A DNA stretch of 64,000 bases from the NCBI GenBank assembly GCA_965222075.1, contig OZ244937.1:2720001-2784000 (forward strand), in the 5' to 3' direction. A program made the position numbers and the translations under genes. The notes beneath the pieces were generated by a model. The model was not told the origin of the DNA. It made no database searches and was given only the letters and a program-made list of their open reading frames with translations. How positions within the stretch are numbered: the first letter of the stretch is position 1; every line of letters starts with the position of its first letter. This document shows, piece by piece, positions 45,326 to 55,196 of this stretch. Origin of the DNA: Candidatus Latescibacterota bacterium (GTDB lineage: Bacteria; Latescibacterota; UBA2968; GCA-2709665).

Positions 45326-48067
45326 TCAGTACCTATCTCCACCTTCAAACAGGTCCTTCTCCGTTAGATGAGAAAGCTGCCCGGAAACAGCGCACACGAA
45401 ATCCGACAAAATCTTCAGTATCTCCGGCGATAGCTTCCCCTGTTGGCCCTGCTCTGTCTGAAGGAATTCATCTACGGGAATGAGGTGATCGGCCATGAAG
45501 GTTTTCCTTGGATTCCTGCTTTTGCTCTGCAGACAGAGAACTTCGACCTTCTCTTTTGGTTTTCTGAGACAGTCTCTTTGCGCAACACACAGACCCGCAG
45601 AGCCCTGCCAGAGCAATTCCCCTTTCCGGATCTTCGTTCGACCGAGCACTTCCTTCAGTTGCGCCGGCTCAAACGCCTCATAGGTCTCTTGAAAGATCCG
45701 AATCGCATTTCCTCTTCTGATCAGAGTCTTCCACTTGGCCAGGTATTTCTGCCAGAACTGATCATCAGCATTGGGCAATATCCTGGTATGCGCAAGAAGC
45801 TTACGAATCTTGGGCAGAAGCTCCTCAGTTGAGTCCGTACGCCACAGCCAGCCAAAGCGGGCAATGGCCGATACCTGTATCAGGGTCAGTTGTGCATTCC
45901 TGGGGGAATCCGTAATTTCCTGAGTACCCAGCATCCACACAGCCATCGCGGCGGCGAAATCCACTGAGGCCAAAGCTTTGACAAACCCTTGCGGATCTTT
46001 CGACTCCTGATATAACTTGTCGATATACCCGTGATACGGCTTCTGAGAGTCGGATTCGGAATCTATGAGCTTGAAGAACGCGAGGTGCCACACCTTATAC
46101 GTCAGATTAAGGTACTCCGCTTCAGGCAACCAGTTCTCTTTTACAGCAGAGGCCATCAAAATGGCGACAATTGCCAGATCCTTCGAGATCAGTTCTGGAG
46201 ACCGTTTCCCAAGATATCCCTTGTCCGAGATCTTGGCTACTACGGACTCCAGGAGCCCGATCATTTTCTGGCGTTCCCTCTCGTCTATTTCCTCCGTTTT
46301 TATAGAAGGCCCCACGTAGGAGGACACAAGCCTTGGGGCCTCGATTTTGTCCTCATCGGTGTCCTCATCCACATCTTCTGGTTCCGGCATTTCCCCTTCG
46401 GATGAGGGCCTTTCGGAAATACGCCCAAAGCCGAAATACCGAAGCAAAAGCCCCCGCAGTCCATCTATCCTCCCCTGAGGGTAATAACCAGAGACGGGAG
46501 AGGGGTCAGATAGGAGACCAAAATCATCTGAGAACACATCCGCTCGGGTGAACCGAACCGTTGTCGATTCTTCACCCTCTCCGGCGCGCCACCCTCCGGG
46601 GAAGGAACCATCCCGAGGCGTCTGATAATCCAGGTGGTCCTGGAGGAGTCTGAGTATATCATTGAATGCGGGAAGCCCCCAGGTGCCTTCCCGTACGCTC
46701 TGGTGGATGGTATTCACAAGCGCACGCTCCTTGGAGGTTGCGCTGAGTTCGAATTCGTGGTCAATCCAGATGAGATTTGAATTTACCTTCTCGCCTGAGC
46801 ATACACCTTTGAGTTGTAGAGATAGGTTGCGCTGTGCGGCTGAAAACTCCGATGGCGGCGTCACGATAAGTTCTTCGTCACCACTCAACTGGAATTTAAC
46901 AGCCCGACCATTGACCAGGCATTCCTCGATCTGAACATCCCCCTGTTTTGTGAAGCCGACCCGAATCTCCTCGTCGTTCGATCTCGCAGCCAGCACCTTC
47001 AACACATAGGCTGGTCCATCCGACGGAGTTTCTTCCGGCTCAGGGTGCTCAAGGCGAGGCCGTTGGTTTGAGATCTTCAATTCAGCCAGAAAGTGCTTCC
47101 TGAATTCACTCCTGGACAGTTCCTGCACTGCAACCAACTCCGCATTTCCTCCAGCTCCTGAAATCGTCCAGGCAGCCCGGGAGCAGTTTGCGCTGCCCAG
47201 GACAGCGGTTACACGGTTTCCCCTTTCGATGCCGTAGAACTTTGCATGGAGAAACCTCAGGTTTCCATCGGGACCGACATATTTGACGGTTCTGAGAGCT
47301 ATACCTTCCGGCAAGTTCGAAACAACCTCTTCAGAGAGATTGGTCTTCCCCTCCTGCAGGAGCGCAACTACCTCACCGGCAGAGAAACGTTCCTTCATTT
47401 CCTCCAGGGCCTTCCCTTTTTCATCAAAATAGGGCGCGCAAACCCAGAGTCTGTCTACCCCCCCATTCGCGGTGACCGCGGTCAGTTGATCAATCAGGCT
47501 ATCACCCATCCCCGCTTTTCCCACAAGCATACCAGGCTGCCCCAGGTAACTAACCCACCGCTTTCGTTCCGACCCGAATGCATCCTCCACATCGTGCCGG
47601 ATAGCCTCCGCAATATGCACATGGTCGAGAATTCCAGTCAGGTAATCCCTGAAATAAGCAAATGCCGGTGCCTCATCCTGTGTTTCTTCGTTGAGCCCAA
47701 ACTCCGCCCAGACCTCGCCGTTTTCCCGCCATCCTCCAAACCCAGCATTTCCGCTACCGACAAAAAGTGTGGCCTGTTCTCTTGCGGAAAGCAGAACCGC
47801 TTTGGGATGAAACCGAAAGGGATGGGGCAACCCGATCGGAACCAACCGATACCGCCTCCCCAGGGCGCTGAGATAGCAGCGCTGGCGCTCATACATGTCA
47901 AACGCACAGCTCCCCTCTGCGAATACCGTGAGTGCAGGGCTCCCAACCCGCTGCAGGACGGGCAAAAGGATATGCTCCAGAAACACGCCGTCGATATTAT
48001 GTGTAAGCACAATGACGTTCTCAAGGTCCCTGTGACCCCTGATTTTCTGTATTAGATCCGCCCTCAT
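45326..48067 (-). CDS. Large protein with two PLD-like (HxK) domains and an extended C-terminus
   Basis: FHPKAVLL..VGSGNAGFGGW..N.E and LHAKFYGI..LGSANCSRAA..NAEL. The start overlaps the upstream stop. Confidence 0.75.
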   Translation of the reverse strand: MRADLIQKIRGHRDLENVIVLTHNIDGVFLEHILLPVLQRVGSPALTVFAEGSCAFDMYERQRCYLSALGRRYRLVPIGLPHPFRFHPKAVLLSAREQATLFVGSGNAGFGGWRENGEVWAEFGLNEETQDEAPAFAYFRDYLTGILDHVHIAEAIRHDVEDAFGSERKRWVSYLGQPGMLVGKAGMGDSLIDQLTAVTANGGVDRLWVCAPYFDEKGKALEEMKERFSAGEVVALLQEGKTNLSEEVVSNLPEGIALRTVKYVGPDGNLRFLHAKFYGIERGNRVTAVLGSANCSRAAWTISGAGGNAELVAVQELSRSEFRKHFLAELKISNQRPRLEHPEPEETPSDGPAYVLKVLAARSNDEEIRVGFTKQGDVQIEECLVNGRAVKFQLSGDEELIVTPPSEFSAAQRNLSLQLKGVCSGEKVNSNLIWIDHEFELSATSKERALVNTIHQSVREGTWGLPAFNDILRLLQDHLDYQTPRDGSFPGGWRAGEGEESTTVRFTRADVFSDDFGLLSDPSPVSGYYPQGRIDGLRGLLLRYFGFGRISERPSSEGEMPEPEDVDEDTDEDKIEAPRLVSSYVGPSIKTEEIDERERQKMIGLLESVVAKISDKGYLGKRSPELISKDLAIVAILMASAVKENWLPEAEYLNLTYKVWHLAFFKLIDSESDSQKPYHGYIDKLYQESKDPQGFVKALASVDFAAAMAVWMLGTQEITDSPRNAQLTLIQVSAIARFGWLWRTDSTEELLPKIRKLLAHTRILPNADDQFWQKYLAKWKTLIRRGNAIRIFQETYEAFEPAQLKEVLGRTKIRKGELLWQGSAGLCVAQRDCLRKPKEKVEVLCLQSKSRNPRKTFMADHLIPVDEFLQTEQGQQGKLSPEILKILSDFVCAVSGQLSHLTEKDLFEGGDRY

Positions 48068-49611
48068 ACCGCAGTCTCAAGCTGTTGAAGCATTTCCTGC
48101 CCGACGTCCGTTATGCCGTATCCACTGTTCTCAGCGCTTTCGACCAGCCCAAGGTCCTCCAGCATATTGACCACACTGCCAAGTCGCTCACCGCTGTACC
48201 CCGCTCTCGTCTGCGTTCCCGTTGAACGGAACACATCCCCGTCCCAGTAGAACCGAAGTGAACATTTTTGACCCTGACCCATCTTACGCCAGGTTGTATT
48301 CAGGTGCGGCGCGATCGTGCAATCTCCCACAATCTTCGCCAGCACATCCACCATCCGTTCCCCCGATGCCCGATCCAGGACCTCAAAGGCCATATCCAGC
48401 GGACTGTTCGGGTACTCTTTTATCAGCCCCTTGCGCCTCCAGGCCGAAATATGACGCCAGCAAGAGACAAGCAAAGACAATCCCAGGATCACCCTGGAAG
48501 CCGATATCAGATTCCGGGCTGCTGCTCTCGTCGGCGCTCCATCCAGAAACGCCTCAAATGGAACCGAGGCTGAGAAATCGTCCCATGTCAGCTCCCAAGG
48601 AGGCGACTGTAAATCCACGTATTTTGTCAATTCATCAGGGAAAGCATCTACTTCTGCCCATTCCCGGATGACCTCATGCAGCCTACCTGCCGTCCTGGAT
48701 GTCAGCTTATCACAGAAGGCAGAAAAGAGGATTTCGAGGCTGAAATGCCCCCGGCGGCGGAATTCGTAATTGACCCAGGCCTTCTGCACCTCTTCAGGAT
48801 AGACTGATTCGTCCTCCAGACACCGTTTGTATTCCTGAACGATCAACGCCCCTGCATCTACACCAGAGTCCTTCACATTCCTCAGAATCCACTGCAAGGT
48901 GCTGCGAAAGCGGCTGTAGTACTCTGCTTGTGGGGAATAGGGTGTAGTAAAATGGCTCGTGAGCAGTTCCCTTTCCTCCCGTGCCGTATCTGAAAGCAAC
49001 CCCTGTAAAGAAAAATGATCCTGCCACTCCAGAACCTGTTCTACTGAGATCTGGCTGCCCTCAAAAAGATGTGGAACAAGTGGACAGCGCTCAAGCTGCT
49101 GTTTCTTAAGTTCGTAAAACGCCTTTCCTCGCGGCGTGACATGGATGGGATCTCCGCCCTGAAGAATGCCAAATCCCTGGCAAGGCATAATATAGACCCC
49201 AACGATAGATCCCCCGCCTTCGGGCTCCAGATCAACTGATCCAGATTCCTGTAACTCCTGGATGAGGCTACGGTGCGTGTCGCTCCCCAGCGCGCCGTAT
49301 ATCGAGGCAGGGGGTTCATCCGGCCTCGTAAGCTCCGAAGCAGCCACAATAATCGTTTCCAGACGGCTCAGGAAGAGACGGAGTTCTTGAGGCTCATATT
49401 CGCCTTCCCAACGGCCATTTCCCATCTTCTGTTTGTAAAACTCCGCAAGAGCCCAGGGGAGCAAGGAAAGATACCTGGCCCTCAGAGAGATCGTGGTAAT
49501 GCCCGCTACCCACGCCTTCTCAATGGCCTGGTCAATACGCCGGATTTCAAGGATATCCAGCCCCTGTATTTTCTTCCGTTCACCGGAGTTCCAAAAGATC
49601 TTCATGATCAA
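48064..49611 (-). CDS. Hypothetical defence-island protein (GLD.L..GITT...RARY N-terminal motif)
   Basis: 515-aa ORF with GLDILEIRR..AGITTISLRARYLSLLPW and a C-terminal wHTH-like LEDLGLV..YGITDVG. Coupled to the PLD gene. Confidence 0.65.
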   Translation of the reverse strand: MIMKIFWNSGERKKIQGLDILEIRRIDQAIEKAWVAGITTISLRARYLSLLPWALAEFYKQKMGNGRWEGEYEPQELRLFLSRLETIIVAASELTRPDEPPASIYGALGSDTHRSLIQELQESGSVDLEPEGGGSIVGVYIMPCQGFGILQGGDPIHVTPRGKAFYELKKQQLERCPLVPHLFEGSQISVEQVLEWQDHFSLQGLLSDTAREERELLTSHFTTPYSPQAEYYSRFRSTLQWILRNVKDSGVDAGALIVQEYKRCLEDESVYPEEVQKAWVNYEFRRRGHFSLEILFSAFCDKLTSRTAGRLHEVIREWAEVDAFPDELTKYVDLQSPPWELTWDDFSASVPFEAFLDGAPTRAAARNLISASRVILGLSLLVSCWRHISAWRRKGLIKEYPNSPLDMAFEVLDRASGERMVDVLAKIVGDCTIAPHLNTTWRKMGQGQKCSLRFYWDGDVFRSTGTQTRAGYSGERLGSVVNMLEDLGLVESAENSGYGITDVGQEMLQQLETAV

Positions 49612-49874
49612 GCCAAACGGATTCAGTAGTAAAAAATTGTCGAATCGGACAATTCTCGGCCAAAAACCGAGGCTTTTCTCCTGATTCGTGGCTCCGCCAC
49701 CGCGATTTCTAAAGCCTTACACCGCCCGCATTTATCCCCGTCCACAAGACGGACATTCTGCGAGATTTTCGTAAACATACAAGAACTAACATCTATGAAT
49801 CGTCTTTGCAATGATCCTTTATATATGGTCTTTTCATTACACTATTCCTCAGTTTTTGAGTTGCCGCTTTCTTG

Positions 49875-52800
49875 TCAGCCGGGGTAAAAGAGATCGCCCT
49901 TAATTGCCTTCGGCGGTTTGCGCATTTCGGCTGAGGCGGAGGGCATCTCGTCGGCTCGGAAGCAGTCGCTTGCGACGACGGCTTCGAGTAGCCGCGCCTG
50001 TTCGGGATAGGACTTCACCGTCGCCTCCAGAACCCAGAGCAAATCGAGTAGTTCCGTGGTGAACTGGCTGGTCCAGCGCACGGGGCGGATGTCGTCGAGG
50101 GGCGAGGATTTCCTGCCGGCCCCTTTTTTCATGCGGTACTTGAGCCAGGACTGCACGACCTTGAGGCCTGAAACATCGAACTCGTAGACCTCAGGTGCGA
50201 CGGGTGCAAACTCGCCCTCGCCGACGCGGAGTGTCTGGGGCGCGTCGCTGTAGTAGAACGCTTTGGGGTAGCTGTCGGCATCGCCGAGGACGGCCTTGAT
50301 ACACTTGGCCGCACCGGGCGGAACACGACCGCGCGTCTGTCCCGTGGGGACGAAACGCTCGCCGTAGGTATGCAGCCACAGCAACCGCGCACCCGCCTTA
50401 CGGACCTGCTCGAACAGCGTCGCGTCCTTTGTGAGGGGCACGCGCAGTTGGCGTGTTTCCAGCTCAGTCTCAAACCGCGCAGTGAAGTCCGGTTGCGCCA
50501 ACACGCCGTAGATGTAGGCGAGCAAATCTTCGGGCGTGACGTCGCGCTGGTAGGCCGCGCCAAGGACTTCGAGCAGGCCAGGGGTAATGTTCGCTTGCGA
50601 GATGTCGGCGGTGCGGTAGAGGGGAATCGTGTCTTTTGCACCGCGGCCTGAAAAATAGTGAAGATCGGGGATCGTCGCACAAGTTGTAAGCGCTGGCCCG
50701 ATACCCAGAGCTTGAGAGAACAAGCTTGTCAGATACACCTGCTGTTCGCCGTGGGCGCGCCAGAGGTCGGGGCGCGGACGGGACATTAAGCGACCGTCCA
50801 CGATGATGTAGTGGCGGTCAAAAGATCGATAAGCATATCGTTGCACTTCTGGTATGGGAGTGTTTTTTGGCAGTTTGGAAATCGGTGTCGAATCGTTCTT
50901 CTTGTCAGTCAAGACAACCCGATATGTGCCATGAACCTCACGGTCACCCGTTCCACGAAATGCCTCTGATCTATCCCCGGCATTTAGCAGACTGCGCCAA
51001 CGATGCTCCAGTGTTTCCGTATCCGGTGCAATCGGCCACGTTCGTTTCAACTGAACACCCGAGTGCTGCCACGGCATCAGATCAGTCAGTAACGGCCAGA
51101 CGAAGTAATCTCCTTCGCCCGCCGGGCGAAACGGAGCTTGCCATTTATCCGGGCAATCCTGCCATTCCACTTCCGCAAAGCCACCGACAGCGTCGAGCAC
51201 GGAGAGCTTCTTTTCCCGTGTCCCCTCAACCCGGGCATGGTGGACTTGTGCGGGCTTGTCTCTCGCCGCCTTCTTCGAGCGGAAAGCCACGGCAATGGCG
51301 ACAGGTGTCTGGATCGCGAAGACGTTGTCGCTTTTGCGCGTGCCGCGTCCCTCGCCGCCGAGGTCGAGGATCCAGATTTCGTCGCAGACGCGGCGCATGT
51401 GTTCACGCATCCCGGCGAAAGCGTCGCCGTCGAGGTAGCTCGACGCACTGATGAAACTGACGATGCCGGGGCCTTTGGCTGTGTCGTGCTCGAAGACTTT
51501 CCACAGCGCCCAGCGCCAGAAATAGACGTAGAGGTTGTAAAGGTTCTTGACGTGGACACCGTGCCCGGCGGCGGTGGCGGGATTGAGGAAATCCTTCAGA
51601 ATGGCGAGTTGCTGTCTTCTTTCAAGTCTGGCCTTGGGAGTCTTGAGTTCCCTGTACCTGCCCTTTCTATTCTTGACCATATTGCTGGACAAAGGGTCAC
51701 CGAATCGAACCCATCCACCGTACTGAGAAAGATTGGCCTCGTTTTCCGTATCCACCGCATCGTGCCGGTCGTATGGGGGATTGCCCAGACAGACGATGAC
51801 CGGGACCGCGCTCTTGACTTTAAGCGCCCTGGCGTGCTGCTCGGCGATAGGTCGCAGAATGAACGGCAAGTGCGGAGGTTCGGCGTGGGGGCTTTCGAGG
51901 GTGTCGGTCAGGTAGATATGCGTACCATCAGCCGGCAGTATTGCGCCGTTATCGCGCAGGGCACGGCTGACGCGCAGTTCGCTCACCGCGTAAGGGCCGA
52001 CCAGCAGCTCGAAGCCGTACATATTTTGAGCCAGCGCGGTGGCCTGGCCGGCGACCGCTCCCGGCCCCTGCTCTGCTCTGACGCGGCCAAGGGCGTGTTC
52101 GATAACGCCGAGCAGATAGGTTCCGGTTCCCACGGCGGGATCGAGCGTGACGACGCCGGGGTCGGCGAAACCGAGCGGCTTCCCGAGACGGCGGACGAGC
52201 AAATCGTCGATCAGGCGCACCTGGGCACGGACGACCTCGACCGGGGTGTAGTAGGCCCCGGCGTCCTTGCGCAGCCCGGGATCGTAGACGGTAAGAAAGT
52301 CTTCGTAGAAATAGAGCCAGGGATCTTCGGGACCGGTGAGCGTGGTGGACGGCACGACATCGATCACGCGCAGCAGCAAGTCGAGGGAAGCGGCTATCTC
52401 GGCATACGCATTTGCATCCGTCAGAACTTGCAGCGCGCGCGACAGCAAGCTGTGCTGTGCGGCGAGGGCCTTTTGCGCGCTTTCAAGGGTGAGGGGATCG
52501 GCCCCCTCGCTGCGGCCCAGCAGCAGCGCGAAGGCCACGGTCTGAGCGTACGCGTCGGCGAACTGCTCGTCCGAGGCATCCGGGAAGAGCAGTTGCCGCC
52601 AGTCTCCCGCAAGCTGCACGAGAGGCGAAGCCAGATTTTTAAGCGCGTCCGTCACATCGTCGCGCAACATCCGGCACAGCGGAGCCAGCAGCACGGCGAA
52701 TCCCCTGAGGTCGATCTTGCCGTTGCGGTCCCTGGGAATGTCCGGTTCCCACGATAGGAAATTGCGCAACAGGCGTTCGACATCGTGGGCATCCTGGGAC

Positions 52801-53246
52801 GCGGCGGCCTTCCTGCCGTCAGCAGCTACATCGCCTGCCAGGCGAACGACCCTGTCTATCAGTTTGCCGTCACGGTAGAGCGCCCACTCGTTGCCGTCGG
52901 TGTAGAGGATATTGGGAATAGCCGAGAAGCGCTTGAACTGATCTCGGTTGTGGCCTCTGAAACGAGTGGCCGTTGCGCCGACGCCAGGGGCTTTGAGCTC
53001 AACATATCCGGCGAGCAGTTGGTTGAGATGAACGGCGTAATCCGGGCGGCCGAGATGGTCGGGCAGGGGTGTTTCGCCCGTGCAGACGACGTTCCAGCCA
53101 AGCGCACGGGCTGCATCGGTCATGAAGGTCTCGAACGGACTGCGCACCTGGTCTTCTGACTCGCCGGTGGTGATTTGCGTCATTTTGGCTGTCACCGAGG
53201 CGGCGAAGTGTTGCAACGCCGCGTAGATCGAGATGCTCTGGCTCAT
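49875..53246 (-). CDS. Type ISP/IIG-like restriction-modification enzyme (nuclease + N6-adenine MTase + specificity domain, no helicase)
   Basis: GRPDYA..GYVELK nuclease, GAYYTP, LDPAVGTGTYL, GNPPY, NLYVYFWRW, YRSFDR, LRVPLT, SWLKYR. Confidence 0.88.
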   Translation of the reverse strand: MSQSISIYAALQHFAASVTAKMTQITTGESEDQVRSPFETFMTDAARALGWNVVCTGETPLPDHLGRPDYAVHLNQLLAGYVELKAPGVGATATRFRGHNRDQFKRFSAIPNILYTDGNEWALYRDGKLIDRVVRLAGDVAADGRKAAASQDAHDVERLLRNFLSWEPDIPRDRNGKIDLRGFAVLLAPLCRMLRDDVTDALKNLASPLVQLAGDWRQLLFPDASDEQFADAYAQTVAFALLLGRSEGADPLTLESAQKALAAQHSLLSRALQVLTDANAYAEIAASLDLLLRVIDVVPSTTLTGPEDPWLYFYEDFLTVYDPGLRKDAGAYYTPVEVVRAQVRLIDDLLVRRLGKPLGFADPGVVTLDPAVGTGTYLLGVIEHALGRVRAEQGPGAVAGQATALAQNMYGFELLVGPYAVSELRVSRALRDNGAILPADGTHIYLTDTLESPHAEPPHLPFILRPIAEQHARALKVKSAVPVIVCLGNPPYDRHDAVDTENEANLSQYGGWVRFGDPLSSNMVKNRKGRYRELKTPKARLERRQQLAILKDFLNPATAAGHGVHVKNLYNLYVYFWRWALWKVFEHDTAKGPGIVSFISASSYLDGDAFAGMREHMRRVCDEIWILDLGGEGRGTRKSDNVFAIQTPVAIAVAFRSKKAARDKPAQVHHARVEGTREKKLSVLDAVGGFAEVEWQDCPDKWQAPFRPAGEGDYFVWPLLTDLMPWQHSGVQLKRTWPIAPDTETLEHRWRSLLNAGDRSEAFRGTGDREVHGTYRVVLTDKKNDSTPISKLPKNTPIPEVQRYAYRSFDRHYIIVDGRLMSRPRPDLWRAHGEQQVYLTSLFSQALGIGPALTTCATIPDLHYFSGRGAKDTIPLYRTADISQANITPGLLEVLGAAYQRDVTPEDLLAYIYGVLAQPDFTARFETELETRQLRVPLTKDATLFEQVRKAGARLLWLHTYGERFVPTGQTRGRVPPGAAKCIKAVLGDADSYPKAFYYSDAPQTLRVGEGEFAPVAPEVYEFDVSGLKVVQSWLKYRMKKGAGRKSSPLDDIRPVRWTSQFTTELLDLLWVLEATVKSYPEQARLLEAVVASDCFRADEMPSASAEMRKPPKAIKGDLFYPG

Positions 53247-53523
53247 TTCATAAGCCCCTTCGACAGTTCCTGCCCTTGTGTCATAGACCTGGACCTTGTA
53301 CAGCTAACGCCTCGCATCATTGGAGCAAGGTAGAGTACTGCCGCTTCTGATTGCGCTTGCTTTTCCGGGAGTTTGATGCTATTTTTCCCATCACGGGCTC
53401 TTGGTCAAGTGGGTGAGAATTTTCGGGTAACCCAATTTAACCGGGTGCCCTTTTTCGTGCAACTCTTTTCTACTACTGATTCGTGCAACAAAGCCACCAT
53501 TAACGCTCAAACTCAGGTTTGAC

Positions 53524-54267
53524 ATGAAAATCGCACACATCTCCGACTTTCACCTGCGCCACCACCTCCCCGGCACCTCCGAACTTCCCCAGCGCCTCAG
53601 CCGGCAGATGCCCGACCTCCTCGTCGAGGCCGTCGAACACATCCGCGCCGGGTCTCCCGACCTCGTCGCCGTCACCGGCGACCTGGTCGACTACCCGCTT
53701 GACTGCCTGCACGCCCCCGACACCGTCGCCCTGGGTGAAAAGGACCTGAGCCTCGTCCGGGAGATCTTCAGCCCCCTCTCGGTTCCGGTCGCCTTCCTCT
53801 ACGGCAACCACGACCACCCCGACGCCTTCCGAAAAATCTTCGGACGTCTTCCCTTAGACTTCGACGTGGCCGGCCACCGCATCCTCCTCTTCTTCGACAA
53901 CGAAGCCCAGGACCACTTCCCCGAGCGTATCGGGGAGGAACGGGAACGCTTCCTCGCCGCGCTTTCAGACGACGACCCCAGGCCCCAGATCCACCTTCAG
54001 CACTACCTGATCGCCCCCGAGCACAACGGGGGCTACCCCTACGCCTACCGGGACGCCGGAAGCCTCAAAGCGGTCCTGCTGAAAGATCCCCGCGTGCGGC
54101 TCGTCCTCAGCGGACACTACCACAGGGGGGAGCCCCTCTTCAGGGAGGGCGGCGTCTACTTCAGCACCGCGTCCGCCTTTGGCGAACCCCCTCATCCCTA
54201 CCGGGTCTACACCCTCACAGCGGAAAGCATCGCCCAGACCGAACGGAGCCTGCGCCCCCCGGCGTAG
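53524..54267 (+). CDS. Calcineurin-like metallophosphoesterase
   Basis: HISDFH, TGDLVD, GNHD, SGHYH. Confidence 0.88.
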   Translation: MKIAHISDFHLRHHLPGTSELPQRLSRQMPDLLVEAVEHIRAGSPDLVAVTGDLVDYPLDCLHAPDTVALGEKDLSLVREIFSPLSVPVAFLYGNHDHPDAFRKIFGRLPLDFDVAGHRILLFFDNEAQDHFPERIGEERERFLAALSDDDPRPQIHLQHYLIAPEHNGGYPYAYRDAGSLKAVLLKDPRVRLVLSGHYHRGEPLFREGGVYFSTASAFGEPPHPYRVYTLTAESIAQTERSLRPPA

Positions 54268-54280
54268 AAAGGAGACCTCT

Positions 54281-54967
54281 TTGGACCGTCCGCGTCTCCC
54301 CCGACCGACGCTCAAGCGCAGCCCCCGCTTCACCCGGGGGCGCGTCACCCTTCTCCTCGCGGTCGCCGGGACCTTATCTGTCTTCCTCAGCCTGGTCCTG
54401 CTGCGCCTTTCCGGCGACCTCGACCGGGCGCTGGCGCCGTCCCCGGAAGACCTGCCCATGTCCGCCTTTTCCCCAGCCCTCCCGCAGGCCCTGAACGCCT
54501 TTGAAGATTCCCGATTTAGCCGTGCAGCGTCCGCCGTTGGCCTGGCGCAGGCCCTCGCCTCCCAACTCGTTCCAAACCAGAGGGGTGCAGCCGCAGCCTT
54601 CAGACGAACGGCCTTTGCGTTCCTCCTTAAGATTCGGTACTCCAGGGATGAAATCGTAACCCACTACCTCAACAGGGCCTGTCTGAGCAGCGCAGGCAAT
54701 ACGCCCATCTGCGGTTTCCAAAAAGCCGCTGACCTCTACTTCGGGACTCCGGTTGAAAATCTGAACCTGGGAGAAGCCCTCCTCCTTTGCGACCTCGCCT
54801 GGTTCCCAAAAAAGCCCGCCCTCCTGGGCGACCTCCCCGCCGCCCTGAAAACCCGCAACCGGCTCCTCGCCCGTCTGCGGGACATCGGACGCCTCTCCCG
54901 GGCAGAATATGAAACCGAGGTCGCCCGCCCCCTGTCCCCGGCTTCGGATCACCGGCCGATATGGTAG
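54281..54967 (+). CDS. Degenerate peptidoglycan transglycosylase (GT51)-domain protein
   Basis: TTG start after AAAGGAG, an N-terminal TM, EDSRF, YSRDEIVTHYLN, GFQKAADLYFG..LNLGEA. Motif 2 (GASTITQQ) is not recognisable. Confidence 0.6.
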   Translation: MDRPRLPRPTLKRSPRFTRGRVTLLLAVAGTLSVFLSLVLLRLSGDLDRALAPSPEDLPMSAFSPALPQALNAFEDSRFSRAASAVGLAQALASQLVPNQRGAAAAFRRTAFAFLLKIRYSRDEIVTHYLNRACLSSAGNTPICGFQKAADLYFGTPVENLNLGEALLLCDLAWFPKKPALLGDLPAALKTRNRLLARLRDIGRLSRAEYETEVARPLSPASDHRPIW

Positions 54968-55079
54968 GCGGAAAACCATCCCTACATCCGAAACAGGCAA
55001 CCCGCGGTCTCCCTGCCATACACACCCGCTCACGCATCTCGCCTCTGCGATCCCCCCACCGCATCAGCCGTCGCCTGGT

Positions 55080-55104
55080 GGGCAACCACAAGGGTTGCCC
55101 CTAC
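55080..55104 (-). repeat. GTAG-type REP sequence
   Basis: Minus strand reads GTAGGGGCAACCCTTGTGGTTGCCC. Confidence 0.7.
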
Positions 55105-55196
55105 AAATGCAACGGCGTGGACATCCACGAGGGGTGCCCACGCAAATGCTGCGGGGGTGAAGGGGCTTTTCCGCGCGGTTCCGTCCAGCGCCACCG

